Source of the DNA: Amoeboaphelidium protococcarum X5
Taxonomy: Eukaryota; Fungi; Aphelidiomycota
Direction: 5' to 3'
DNA: 51,051 bases
NCBI GenBank assembly: GCA_023515725.1
Contig: JALDTO010000182.1
Span: forward strand, 1-51,051
The notes beneath the pieces were generated by a model. That model saw only the letters and a list, made by a program, of their open reading frames with translations. It did no database searches and was not told the DNA's origin. Below are positions 1 through 14,699 of this stretch, piece by piece. A program made the position numbers and the translations under genes. Numbering within the stretch: position 1 is the stretch's first letter; every line of letters starts with the position of its first letter.

Positions 1-337
1 TAAAAATGATCAAGTGTTTGTGTAGCCACACTCAAAGCTGAAGCAGACTCATGATATAAGTCTCCATGATAGCAAGGGCAATTGATATGTACTACTGTAT
101 ATAAGTATAACGTAACATTGATACGCGCTCTTGAATGTTTACGCTCTTTAGAAACAAGCTGCTCTTTACAGTTCATCAGTGAAAGGCGACCATCTCTTGA
201 AACACCAGAATGATCTGCGCGCGCGATCAACCTTAACCGATCACGTCGCCTAATCAATTTTTGCATTTAAATCGCACCATTTTAACTCTAGTAGATTAGG
301 TCGTTGAAATAATAAATTTATATAAATCAAAATCAAG

Positions 338-952
338 ATGGGTGCTTATAAGTATATTGAAGAATTGTACAAGAAGAAGTAGAGCGATGTGTTGAGATTC
401 TTGCTTAGAGTCCGCTGTTGGGAGTACAGACAGTTGAACGTTATCCACCGTGCAACCAGACCATCTCGTCCAGATAAGGCCAGAAGACTCGGTTACAAGG
501 CTAAGCAAGGTTACGTCATCTATCGCGTGCGTGTTCGCCGTGGTGGCAGAAAGCGTCAGGTCGCCAAGGGTATCAACTACGGTAAGCCAAAGACTCAGGG
601 TATTGTGCAGCTGAAGCCTCAACGCTCCCTGCGTGTCAAGGCTGAGCAGCGTGTCGCTCGCAAGGCTATGAACCTGCGCGTGTTGAACAGCTACTGGATT
701 AACCAGGACTCTACTTATAAGTACTATGAAGTCATCTTGGTAGACCCATCTCACACCGCCATCAGAAATGATCCTCGCATCAACTGGATCTGCAAGGCTG
801 TGCACAAGAGACGCGAAGAGCGTGGTCTTACTGCAGCTGGTAAGAAGAGTCGTGGTCTGGGCAAGGGTCATCGCTTTAACAAGGTTATTGGCAGTGGTCG
901 TCGTCAGAACTGGTTGCGTCGTAACACCCTGTCTCTAAGAAGATACCGTTGA
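338..952 (+). CDS. RPL15: 60S ribosomal protein L15 (eL15), 204 aa
   Basis: ATG 338 gives [14 protein letters not shown][TAG][17 protein letters not shown]...NTLSLRRYR then TGA. TAG 380-382 sits at the conserved KKQSD Gln, and 204 aa is the usual eL15 length. Confidence 0.99.
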
Positions 953-1235
953 TCAATCTGACTTTCTCTATGAGGCGAGGGTATGGTGGTGTAATTATGA
1001 TTATGGTCTTGCTCTAATCTAATTTCATCTATCATATTATTTTTTTCTACGTTTACTTGATACCATTTTATTTTATTTTATTACAGATATTGCTTCTCCG
1101 ACAGACATATTCTAATGACGCGTCGAATACGCTTCACTACCTCAATGAGTCAATGTAGTAACAAGATTATCAAGAGACAAATGGTGATAACTTATAGTCA
1201 AAAGCACTATGTAGATGATAAATATATAATTAAAT

Positions 1236-4200
1236 TCAATTCTTAAATTCTAGTAACTGTACTGCAGCTTCAGCCATAAGCTGTGATCCAACTGCGCGCC
1301 ATTATTGACCCTTTTCACTCTTGATCAATTGCATAGAGAGTAACCACTTCACACTGGCCAACTCTTTGGAAGATAATCTGGTGGAGAACTGATTGACACC
1401 ACCAACCAGGTGCAACTCGATTATACTTAGGAGCCAATGCGGATGAATAACCAAATCTTCAATAGACAACATGGAAGTGAGATGCATCATCTTGACAAAG
1501 GCGAAAGTGATCCACTGATTATAACTCGAGCGATACTCAAAACTATCCACCATATCGGATGAATCATATGGCAACTCCTAAGGACTGATATTAAATAAAT
1601 CCATGGTGGATACCAGACGGCGTTAAGCATCAGACAACTAGGAGCGGACTCTAGCAGATGCATCAGAATAAGGCAAACACTCCTGCTGTGCACCAAAGCA
1701 GTAAGTATAAGACTTTTCAGCCGTTGTAGTTGAATTACTTACCAACATGATTAGAGGGTGTCTCCACTATCTATTCCTCCTACTACTATCAACCTCAGTT
1801 CCATTTGAGTATACTTTCACCTTTTAATCAAAGGCAGACGTGAAATCTTCAGCAGCGATCAATTGCAAAAGCATACAAACAGTAGGCTAATTGACATTCC
1901 AGCCAGACCTTCTCAACTAACCCCCATACTCTTTGTTGATTAAATCCTGAAGTGACCAAGGCATCAGCGGTAATCTCACAGCTGTGGTATCCTGTAAAAA
2001 CTTTTCCAAAATCTAAACCATCATTGCACTTAACGGCGAGATGGAATTAACCAATAACTGATACAATTAATGAGACACTCCATCAATCCGAATCATTTCA
2101 GCATAAGACAAATCCCCCAACATTTACACACCAACGCCTTCGCCGCGTAAAGTACTAATAAACTGCGAGTACTTTCTACTTAGACTAATACAATAATCAG
2201 CAACACTGACTTCACTAGTTCCTGATCTTTATGACAGTAGTTACCTCATACTATTCACCGTGTCATTTAGCTGAGACGTTATGCTCTGCAAGTAAAAGTA
2301 GATATCAGGATTAGATGACGATATGTCCAATGTGAATAAGTCCAGAGATCCGCGTGGTGAGTCTTTCCACTGTGAGTCCTTTATTCTGTTGCTCGTCAGG
2401 GGAGTGGATAATAACAGCAGATTAGTCAAATATGTTGAAGATCTAGCAGAGTCCGCCGAAGAATCACTACTTTCATCCAGCTGCAGATGGGTGTCAGCCA
2501 TAGCTCTAGATTGCTTACCAACTACAACGTTAAACTGCTCCTGAGCCATCCCAGGAAGAGAATCTTTGACAGCCTTCACCTAATTAAACTAAAACTGCGC
2601 CAAATTACTCAGGTACATCATAGATTGAACAACCACATCGCGACTCTCACGCCAGTCCGCCTACTTTGACCACAGGCTATTCTCAAGCGAATTCAATGGT
2701 GGATTCAATCGTATCCAGTCATACTGAGGACATGATGGGCAGTTTGGAAACACAACTTTGAGCAGCAATGGCTCCAAATCCTCCAAGTCACCCTCATTCA
2801 TGGCTAGTGTGATATCTCCCAGTCGACAGCTGGTCAAGTAAACCATCTCACGCTAGTTGATTCCGTCAATGTCTATTTAGCTTTGTGGATTTAGCACAGA
2901 CCTATCATTGATAAACTAAGTCTTCACGTTCAACCATCGCCACGGACTTTCTTTAAAACTTGAATCCCATGATGGATTGATCTTTTGATAATTAGGACAT
3001 GACCCATCCTCCATAAGGAATGCAAATGGCCCAGACTTGGTGAGTCTATTGTGCCAGAATCCGGTACGATTCAGGAGTGCATGTTGGAATATCAATACGA
3101 CGGGCATACTTCTAGCTGGAATAGTGACTCCTTATCCTCCATCCATTGATTTGGTATAAAATTTCAGATTAGTCACCACAGTCGGATAAAACTTCTTACC
3201 TTAATCAGTCTGCACAATTTGCATCTTTTACTCAACGCGGACTTGTAATTACTCGGCTGAAGCATCACTAACACAAGATATTCCAGTATCAGTATACTTC
3301 TGAGGACATCCACCAGATTGAACAGGAATATAGGACTTTCCGTCAGACAACGCCTCAAACTAGCTCAAACTCTTGATCAGAATATTAACAGAGTTCTAAT
3401 TCCACTACAGAGCATTACTATCGACACCCACATCCAGATCAGAAGTTGGTACAATTGTCTAAAGAGACAACTAAGTGTGGTCCAGATTAATCCACATGGT
3501 CGAGGTATTAGTTATCAAGTTAGTGGAGACACTGCTCATATTCATAGCCATATGGATAAATGCCACACCTGTTAACTATTTGGATTTATTATTCGTCAAG
3601 AATCTAGTGGCATTACCAACGACATCTATACTGACATCCACTTTTCCGTATGCAGACACTCCACGCATATATCCACCATCATCAAATCGAGCACTACCAG
3701 ATAAAGCCGTCACCATAGACACTTGATCACGGTCGCGCGTATTAGTCTGATATCCAGTCTTGACCTACTCAGTGAAAATCTAATTATCGTTCAACTTCAT
3801 AGAAGATACGCCTTTCCACATAATATTCCGCCCAGAGTGAGAGCAAGAAATACGAGTATGGATATCTCTATTGCGAACGTACCAACCATTATGCAAAGTA
3901 TAGAACTAGACGCAGCAGTCGGCCAATGTACTATAATCAAAATCAGTCAAATTGATATTATCCCCCCTCTGTATAGGCATGGAATCTCTTGTGTAAGCTG
4001 GAATAAAGCCAAGTACCTGATTAAAAGGACCAAGTTTACCGCACGTCAAAGGACCAACATTGGTAGCCTTAGCCAAATTTGGTACATATAAAGAGCTAGA
4101 TACAATAGGCACGACTGATTGATCGTAATTAGTCCAATTTGAGTGAACCAGCAACTGGATCTAATTCTAATTACCTTCATAATCCGATAGTGACAGCACT

Positions 4201-4982
4201 TGTTGCACCAACTATGCTGACTGTGGATACTGATAAAGACGTTCAGCATCCAGGATCACCGATGACTGTTGACCATTTTGTTGACGCAACTCACGCATCA
4301 TATCCTCATAGACATAATCGCGTTTACACCCAAGCAAATTGCACCTTGGTAGAGTAAGAGTAAGTGCACAGATGAGACCAGCGGTTAGCAATACTATCAC
4401 CGCAAATAGGCATCCACGCTTCTACGCCAGTGATATTCTCTTCTACCAGGTGATATACACCTCTCTCTTGAAGCGATGCAGCTTATTCGACGCGATTAAA
4501 TAGCGCCTCCTCCAATTACTCTACTACTGCTTACCACCCTTCTTCCTGGTAGTAGAGCCAGTATCAATCGTATGGATCTCAATCACATTGCCTTGCGTAC
4601 TACTATTACTCTTAACGTGTTACTTATAGCTAGACACTGGCAGATGAGATTGATAGAAAGATATTGGGACTTGACCACGCTTAGTCTAGGGACTCTTGAG
4701 TGCAGCGGCGCGCTTTGGAGCGGTGACAGTGGACATGCGAGGACTGGACGCGATTGATGATTGGGATTACTACTAGGAGTCTACTTATTCCCCACCATTA
4801 CCATTATTATTACCGCCTTGTCCTAGCTAATTCAACAACTGAAATTCCATCAGCAACAGATTATCTGCCAGATGCTGATTAGCCGTGTTTGCCGTAGATT
4901 CGCTGATATCTGCATCTGATTGATTAGAGCTGTAGATCGCCGTCTTCTTTGGCTTGCAGTTTTCACTCGTATTATCAGTCAT
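1236..4982 (-). CDS. Unknown-family single-pass (type II-like) membrane protein, ~1248 aa (copy A)
   Basis: One TGA-free frame under table 6 joins track ORFs 4212-4400, 3906-4154, 2916-3107, 2661-2846, 2241-2579 and 1302-1574. Low-complexity N-terminus, basic stretch, hydrophobic segment CLFAVIVLLTAGLICALTLTL, then a large Cys-containing region. Aligns by eye with the gene at 15457. Confidence 0.85.
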
Positions 4983-5402
4983 TTTTACTGAGTGATAATG
5001 AACCTCACCAATATATCGATCAGACTAGGTACTATGATTTTTTATAAAGGCGGGATAACAAAATCCTAAATGCGGCAACACGCTGATCTATCAACTAATT
5101 TTGAGCCCTTTTTACTGCTGCGCCACATTTAAGCTTGCTGTTACAACCCCACGTAAGTACTAAAAAGTTTCTCGCTTAATGCATTTTTAGAGATATTTCG
5201 TAAAACTTAAATATTCAAGAATAGAAGGGAACAGGCGGCTCTATTTCGGGAGAGTATCAGCGCGATCATAATGAACCATTTGTATTACGGCTAGGATGAT
5301 GAAGCTACCGTAAGAATTTGTACGGCCTCCTATGTAATAGATCTCAAACAAAACTAATGAAATTCAAAATTTATTATGTGCATTTATATGTCACGTCTTC
5401 AT

Positions 5403-8400
5403 TCAAATTCTATTCTGACTGCGATAAACATTCTAAGCTGATTTGCACTCGGTGATAAGCCACTTGCATGTCCTCTCATCAGGCAAGTGCAAGACCAAAT
5501 CCTCCTAAGTCTCTCTTCGCTTTATCTGCACGTCAGTTCCACCAGCTGCAGATTAGATATCAATAGAGTCACTCAGCATCATCTGCCACTGCACGGTAAA
5601 TCTTCCACCAGGCTGAAGACCAAGTAGACGGAAGTTGCTAATCATGACTATGATATTATCTTTACGAACATCCAAATGAGCCAAGTACACTTCATTTTCA
5701 AACTTCTAAAACCTCGCAGAGTGGAATAAAAAAGCACCGTACGCCTTTCTTCCATCATACACTTCCAGCACGCCGGAGATACCAACATATCGAGGGTACC
5801 TAACACGCTCCAATTCGTGATTCTTCACATTGGCAGAGTTCCTGATACCTTCTGTGAGATTTCCGGTAAAGTCAAACAGGCCGACAGCTGGTTTGGCAAC
5901 AAGTCCCACAATGCCTTTCCCAAATCCTTTAACAAATCCACCAGCACCTTCCTTCTCGGCACCACGAATTGGTTACTCTACAATACCAGTCACTCCGGAC
6001 AAGATGCTCTTTGCAAAAGACTGAGCACCAGCAGTCGCACCTTTAATCGCATGCCTTGGACGATTACGGACTCGCGATGCTTTTCTCTGCGCCTAAAACT
6101 CGGAATCCATCGTAGCCGTGGCCAATCCTTTACTAACACTACTTGACATTTTGGCAAAGGTGTCGCTGAATCCATACACAGTCTTTCTGATAAACGATGA
6201 CGCACCTTTCGCTATTCCGATACCAAAATCTTGAGGTCGATCACTGACAAATCCCAAGTACGGCTCATAGAACACGTCTTTCACACCAGAGCCGATCGAG
6301 TTGAACAATCCAACAGGGTTGCCTAAAAAGTCGGCGGATCCAATCAGTTTGTAAAATTATCCCAGAACCTCCTGAGTATAATGCTTACGAAGCAGTTCCA
6401 TCAATTAAGCCATCGTAAATGTAGGATGCTCCAGAATAAGAGCGTTCAGCTTCAGTCCAGCATCAGATACATTGCCGACAGTCATTGTGAATATATTCAG
6501 CAGAAATAGAATAGGATTATGAGAATGAGCAAGTTCAACATCCAAAGAGCTTCCTTGAGATCTCTCAAAAGTGATATTGGCCTTGATCGGCTAAACTTCC
6601 ATCACCTCAAAATACATTTTCTGACCAACTTCCTGATACTGTGGCTCGCCATAAAACTAGATTGGATCATAGATGTAACTGGCAGCATTCAGATCCACGG
6701 CATCAAACTTGAACACATCGACTATGGACATAATAAAAGCCTCATTCAATTCCAGAGATATTTCTTGGAGTAGTAAAGAAAAGTATTTGAAATAATCCAA
6801 TCCATAATTCTTGTTCTTGGCTCTAACCACCGCAGCTTAAAGAACAGGAAGAGCAGACTGTTTACTATCCTCTTGGCCAATCATGGTAGGATACAAAATA
6901 ATAGGAAAATCCGCATCATAGTCTTAATTGTCAGCTTATATCCAACTAATGGAAAATCCTAGACTCTCATGCACAGATTGATCCTTATAGACAAGACTCA
7001 AATCTTTCATGGACAAATACACTCGCTCTTTCTACTGCTTATCCAGCAGCGATATTCCAAGGCCAGGTAGAGCGAGTTCAATAATCATGCGAATCGGAGC
7101 AGAGACATCAACCTCTTCAAACTGCTAATCCTTCTAAGAACCGTCAGAAATCATCTTGTAGATTGAACCAGGCTGCTTCCAGTCAGACAACTTAATAACC
7201 GTTGTTCTACCTTCAAATACAATATCCACACCCAGGACACCAAATCCATGAGCAGAAGGATACTTTATAGGGATCTGGGTACCAATTTCATCAATCACCA
7301 ACTCCTTCTCATAACTGTTGACATTGATCAGCAGCAATCGGTCTGCCATCGCCGGCTCATCCCAGGTGTACAACATACTCTATTTGTGAGGAATACGATA
7401 CTTTGGTCGCGTCTTATGCTGATACACAATGACATCTGCTGAGGAATTGTTGTCAAAGCGATATGGCCACGACTCCTTCTCCTTCTGCACGGCAATGAAA
7501 ATAGTTGCATTTTCCAAGATAAGGTTGACAGAGAGCAGAATCTCGTGCTTAGTGTTATGATTCAAAACTTTGATAAAGTTCTTACCCATGACATTACAAT
7601 ACACATACGGACTCCATAGATCATAGCTCTCCGGCAATCTAAAGCATATCATTTTGTCCACATCTTGAGGAAATTCATACACTGGGCATTTATCATTCGA
7701 GTTCACCATAATCGAGCCTTTACTATTCAAAACTTTGCACTCCAGCATCTCATCCATCAAATTTCTAACTATAAACCTTGGCGCAAAAGATATAACTTTG
7801 CTAATCTAGTATTTACCTGTACCAGTCGACACTTTCATACCGAGCGGAATAACGGAACCAATTTTCCGTAAGTGCACCTCATTCACTGCACCCACAGTCT
7901 CCAAACTAAATGGCTTTGACCAGCTAGAATCAATAGTTTTCACCTCAACACGACCGCGGAGGTGTTCACCGGACGCAAAGTTAAACATCAATGGCTAAAT
8001 ACTATCAACATTCTACAATCCGACATTATCTTACGACACACACGGACTAACTTTGCGCTACATCAGTAGAGAGTTGGCCTTGTAATCTAGATACAACCCA
8101 GTGGAATTCAGAATGATGTAAGGAGAGTAGATGGTGATTTTCTTCGAGCCAACATCACGTCTATTAAGTTGATTATAGTGCAATTTAAGATTCAATGCTT
8201 GACCAAGCGAATCTCTAACAGTAATATGGTGCTCTTCAAACTTCTCCTCAGGATTGTTAATGATTGCAATCTCAGACTCATTGTATCCGACACCGGGAAT
8301 CAACAGTCTCAATCCAACAGTGTGCAAAGATGTGATATTATGAATTCTGGCACTCTCGCCTTTATCAATAGATCCATTATACTGCTGCTTAGAACCGCGA

Positions 8401-11400
8401 TCATACAGACTGTACTTGAGGGAATATGGCAGCAGATTCTCAAGCTCGTAAGGAGCCTCGATGGTGTACTCCATTAAACAAACATTCGCATTTTGCCGAG
8501 ATTAAGCATAAGTCTTAGCAGATACCACCATGAAAAAGTCAGGCAAGTCGTCGTTTTAAGCACCTTTGCAAACAATGTTCACTGCAGAGGACTACTATTT
8601 ACCACGAGCAGTCTTTCGCCAGTCTAGACTAACATCGCTCCAACCATAACTGAATTCATTGCTCGGTCGGACTCTAATCTACGAGTCATGTATCGATGGA
8701 ATAGGCACGGCACATCTAGACCCAGCAGATAATTTCATTACGCGCTCACTATCACTACCACCATCCACAGCAGTCATCATCAACTCCAAATCAATATTAG
8801 TGCTGTTCAAGATGGTGAGCCCAGATCTAAAAGTGACATGTTTAACATTACCTTGGAGCGTCACTTCACACACGAGTTGGTAAGATACACCCTTCACCAT
8901 CGGTTACAGAGGATAAAGTTGAACGGCAGCCTGATCAATCGAGATATTCTTTAACGTCTCCCAGCCAAGACCATTGATTTAAATATTCAAATCGTGATTC
9001 TTAGCAGACAACTCTTTACGCATTTGACGCCAGTTCTCGAATCTATATGGTACCTCGCACTAATCAGAAATATTGATTAATTGAGCGTCAGATGCAACAG
9101 CCGACCAGACTACAATCTCAAAACCAGTCTCATTGCGCAAGATATAAGGATCATCAGCTTGTCGTTAAACTTCATCACCTTCAACTTTTTACTTGTCCCA
9201 CATCGACTGAACAAATAGACACTGCTACATCAGCTGATTTGACACATTGATATCCAGCCGCTTATCAGTTTTAAATACGATATCGCTGCAATCCTTCTAC
9301 AACTTCACGAGACCATTGATGAGTACAGGCTCGATCACAGGCTCCCAATGAGAATTCTTGATGTTAAAGAAATTAAAGAACAGCGGAGTCTTCACTTTAG
9401 CTTCCAAATTGGCGGACCAGTTCTGCAGTTCACCAAGAACTTCATTCATCTGCAAATCAAACATTGGCAGGTGGAGATTACTTAAATCATCAATGAGGAT
9501 GACACGGAAGCCTTTGAGGTAAAACTTAAATCGCTCATTCGGATCATTTTAAGTAGTCTGCACCGGCTAAATCTAGCTCAGAAAGGATTCAGCCCTCTAG
9601 CTCATTTAACTGGAAACTTCCTTGCCCTTTAGCACAGTATCACTATTAGATTATACGACTTGATTATATTTCTCCATCACACTACTAATAATAGAGGAGA
9701 ACACAAACAGATCATGATAGGAGACACGAAGAACTATTATTCTAGGGATATCCAACGCCCACGCAGATTAAGCTTTGCCTTTCGACGGACGATTATCCAT
9801 TACAAATGTGGCTTCACTTTCATCAAGAACAACCACAGCGGTCCCATCTTGGTCTTTCATGTTACAGAGTGATAGTGAAATTCCTTATAAAACGACGGAC
9901 ATAATACTCTCTTAAGTTACCAGCAGTTCATCAACATGCAACAGAATAGCATTCGTGTCTGCTTGCTGAGAGTCTTTTAACAAGGTAATCTAAGTGTTCT
10001 TGGCATCCACACGATACGATAAAGTTGCAGTTGACACCACCTTTTCAGACACCACAAGGGGAGACTCTTGCTGACTACCATCGCTAACAACTTCATTATG
10101 TGGCTTCATGACCAGCGACTTTTACAAACCTCCCATCAAGTACTAATACAATTCAAAAACAAATCCAATTTTGACATTCACCTGGATGCGATTAGCATCA
10201 ATGATTAACAGCGCGTCTTACTTGGGATTAGTTGAATACTCCAACTTCAGCTATTACTCATCAGTTATAGCAGGCAACATGATATCTCTATAGTATAGAC
10301 TCTTCTTACGACCATCCTGAATATAAAAATGCTACACATCTACGAGAACAGACATAGTTTAGTTGGATCTAGTAACAACATTAACTCCGATATTGTTAAC
10401 TTGGAAGGTGGCTAAAGCATCGGAATTTTCAAACTTGAGCTATAGCGACAATTGCGGAACCTTAAATACTCCCTTAAATTATTCAAAAGGATGTCGCAAA
10501 TCAATATCCGACACTTTACGCTCCACAAAAGTCTTCTAAGCCGAGCTCTAAGATCCTGCACCACCAAGCAAAGGAGAGCTCATCAGCATCTGATACATAT
10601 CCAAGAAGAATAAATACTGCTTTTCAGTCAAATGGATAGCCAACGCAGTGGACTGTAGATCTAATGTGAAAGCAGGTAAGTCATGCTTTTCATCATTGAG
10701 AGGCAGTCGAAATTTGAGATCAACGTTCAGATCGTCAAGCACAGATAGTTCTTACCGTTTACCACCAACCTTTAACTAATCTGCAGTCTTCAGCGATATC
10801 TTACTCAAATTAAGGACATAATCGTTACAGTATACATTAGAGTCAACTACAGACAACTTGGAATTTAGACTCATATTACCAAGATACGCTATAACAACAT
10901 CCGGCTTGGACAATTACTTAGGTAGCAACACGACAGGTGTATCCAAATGTACATCAAGCACCAACTTTAGTATCTATGACGGATCAATAATCGACTGCGG
11001 CTACATAACATTGCGAGCCACCAATGCCATATCTTAACCAAATCTAGTCATAAAACCCAAAAACTGCATAAAGAAATCCTCCAAGTATGTAATCTGAAGA
11101 GAACCACCATTAACAGTAACGCGCTGATCATAGCCAGGATAGTTTTCATTCTAAGGTGAGAACGTCTCATATTAAACTTCAAGCAGCCTCTTCTGCGATA
11201 AAGTGCGAATAAACTCAAAGTACACTTGATTCTCAGTTCTCTGTACCAGATCGCGGGCAACAATCTTTCCGACATCAACATCAACTCTGATAGTGCCATC
11301 AGAGGGAAGTTACACAATGACTCCAACATTTTCAACAGCACTAAATGCGAACTTTTAATCTTTTTACCGAAGAGTCAAAGACAACTACTTCATTGTAAAC

Positions 11401-14400
11401 TCAAACTGCATATCCATGGCTCGGTCTTCCGCTTAAGGCATATCACCAGATTTTACGACAGACTAATCATCCTTAGTTTAACTCTGAGGCTACTAAGCTG
11501 GCGACTCCTAAGGGGTGATGAAAGTTGACAGTACATACTGATAGATTCTCATTAAGGACGTATCATTAGCTTCCAACGCAACAGCATTAAAATCCACAAT
11601 TAAATGTATGTCTTTACCTCTAAAATCCTTGTAAAACTATGGATGCTTCTTGTTGACAACCTAGAGCTTCAAATTGGCCAAATTCTATTACTAAAAGTCC
11701 ACGCCATTTTGCTATCCCAGATCTTAGTATTGGCTATCGATAAGCTTATGATAAACGTCTTCTGAGCCGTCCGCGCGCGAGACCAGCACGATACCGGCAA
11801 CTGATAACATGGCAGACAAGTCATAAGGCCGCACAAGCATACTAAAGTCGGCAGCTTTGAGACACAAATCAGCCATCTTTTAAAACAATTTAGTACCAGA
11901 GTCATATTCAAATACATTCAACTATAGACTATGGATGCGGCAATCAATCTTCACCAATTTACTCTGAGCCACAGTGGCCAAGTGTACAGTATGTCTCTCA
12001 GAATCCGCAACGGATTGCAAATCAAGAGAGGCAATATCGTCCGAATCCGTCAGATTTCCATCAGCATGCAATAACGCCCTCTCTGTAAAAGCTTGTCCAG
12101 CATCAAGTATACCAGTCTGCTATGTCTGAATCTCTTGTATACGACTATGGTCAGACATGGCGTCATTGTCACCAATCTTCTCTTACTAATTAAAATCATC
12201 TGCTACCCCAGACAAAAGTGCCATAATAAGCCACCAGTACTATTAAGTAAAGTTCACTTCCAAAGACGGCAAATCACCCGACACTTTAACCTTGTTCAGA
12301 TTCAGAGCCTTGGGAAGAATAGAAAGATCCACATTCAAGGAGATGTTGCTCTTCGGCAAAATTGGCTAAAATCCTAACTCAGTAAGCTCAATGGCCATAT
12401 TCGACAAATGCACTACAAACCTATCGTACATATACCGCTCCAGCTCTTCCTCAGACAACTCAGATATGCGCGCAATCAAATCTTCTTTCTTCTGCTTACT
12501 GACAATATCAGTCTCCACACAAATCTGGCCCATATCAAAGACAAAGTCAACAGACTCTGGCAATTCCAAAATTTTATCATAGAACTGAAGAAACTTCTAA
12601 TTGACGGATTCTTTGCTAATACATCTAAACCATTATTTGAGAGGCATTTTAATGAGTGGCGCACTGAGATCCACATTGAGATTGACACTCTAGTGACCAT
12701 ACATTGCTATAGAGAGAGCTCCTTTGCCCATAACATCCAGTTGAGCATTCAAACTGTCGCGCACACCCATTCCAATCACATTCTCGCTGTCTTTGGGAGC
12801 ATCAAAGAAATGAACCAGTTGAGGTAAAAACTTTGGAATATAAGTAATCTCAAGAGGCAATAAAGACATTTGAACATCCAGATCTGCGGCGACAACTTTA
12901 GATGGTGGAATAGTTTAAACAGCTATAGTAAAGAGACTACCATTAGAAGATTCTCGTTCAGATGCTTTAATGATACTCTATACTTTCTACTCAACAATCT
13001 CTGTTGACGCTTCAATTTTACTCAAATCCAACTTGAAATTCATTGAACGAGGATAAAGCTCTACATGCGCATCAATAGAGTACAACTAGGCATCAATCAA
13101 CTTTGGCATCTGGATTTAGTCCTTATCTCTGAAAACATTCATGAGAGTTACATCACCTTTAGAGATTTTAAATTACAGCTTCAGTCGCAAATCATCATCG
13201 CTATTCTCATACAAACTATCCTGCTCTTCATTGTAATCAATGATATCGTACAGCTTCTACCTATGCTCTTCTGACAATTCCTCATTGCTCTAACTACCAG
13301 ATCCACTCGACCATATCCAAGATAACCATCCACCGGATTTCTACTTTGAACCACCTTTGCCACTTGCTTCGTCGATCAGCTGTAGCGGATCGACAAGCTC
13401 CTTACCAAACTTTTTCAACTCATTTTTGCCATACTTTATCGCTAATCTTCTAAAGAACCTAATGTCTTCCACGGTCAAACCTGACATTTTATCAATAGCA
13501 TCCAGTTGACTCAGCACCTAATCATATTCCTTCTTCAAGCGACGATAACGAGAGCTTTCACCTCCAGCAGCAGGAGAAGTTGTATCGGCACCAGAGCTCT
13601 AGGAGGCATCTTCTGGAGATACCAATTCAACAAAACCAAGCTTCTTTTAATACAAGACTACATATTTCTATCGCAAGTCGCGGCGATTCTTCATGTAATT
13701 CCAACTGCTTTTGTATGCAATACTCTTGACATCAGATAACACACATTCAATAGCATAAGTCCAGCGTCTAGCAGCCGCCGATCTAATACTATTATCCAAC
13801 AGAATATGATGTTAATCAAAATATAAGCGCTTCTTAACTAGCATATTGAAATTATCAACAATAAAATACACACTCTCATGTTGATGTTCATCCAGAGATA
13901 GCGATATACTTTCCACTACTGACTCAACATGATAGCGAGGATCAGTTAGATCTCTCTTCTTCTTCTTGTTTATGACCAGCTTGCTAGACATACTGACAGG
14001 ATTGAGAATATACTAATGTTAACCAGACTGCCTAGAATTATCAAGAGTATCAAAATACACCGCTAAATTTTGCAACAGCACTTTCTTATACACCGCGTCA
14101 GCAGAATTGGAGATAAACTGCTCTTCAAACTAAGCATTAGTCGATTTAGCAGAAACTTCATCAATAGCAACCACGGCAGTACTTACCCCATCTGTAAACT
14201 ATAAATGAATACGCTAAACAGAAACCTGCAGATTATCAATAATTTTGGAGACAAGACTGTCGAAAAATGAGGAGCCTTTCGACTGATCCTACTCATTCTA
14301 CCCTCCAGTACCAGCAGCACTCAACATATTCTTGTACGCCTGATCCAAATTAGCCAAATCAACCAATTTCCTCTGCAATATCGCCTCCTTCACAGCGTCA

Positions 14401-14699
14401 ATATCTTTCTGAGCCACGGTTCCAGTCGGCTGGCAGACCAGACGGACATCGCTAATAGAGACAATGACCGGCTTATGCTTCAGATTATTCCATGGAATAG
14501 AGAGCTTAATTTCACCAACCACTCCATCCACTAACTCCAAGGGAATCTAAAATTAATGAAACACGTCACTACGAATCTTACAATCCTTCAGAGTGACATT
14601 TCCATTCCAGATTTGCAGCGATAACTACTGAGACTGCAAATTGCTAATGTACTAACCAAGCGTTCTATTCAAAATATCTACTACCAACTGCTCAAACAT
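5403..14699 (-). CDS. VPS13: VPS13 bridge-like lipid transfer protein, ~3098 aa, apparently intronless
   Basis: Chorein N-terminus MFEQLVVDILNRTLG[TAG]YISNL...IWNGNVTL...GEIKLSIPWNNL. C-terminal motifs WI[TAA]ADN[TAA], GSADFLGNPVGLF and KPAVGLFD. All VPS13-like track fragments share one frame. Ends TGA 5403-5405. Confidence 0.96.

Noticed and set aside
296-871. 191-aa minus-strand ORF and other antisense track ORFs (e.g. 21284-21622, 22497-22928, 34133-34552)
   Set aside because: Antisense shadows of real genes with no recognisable motifs.
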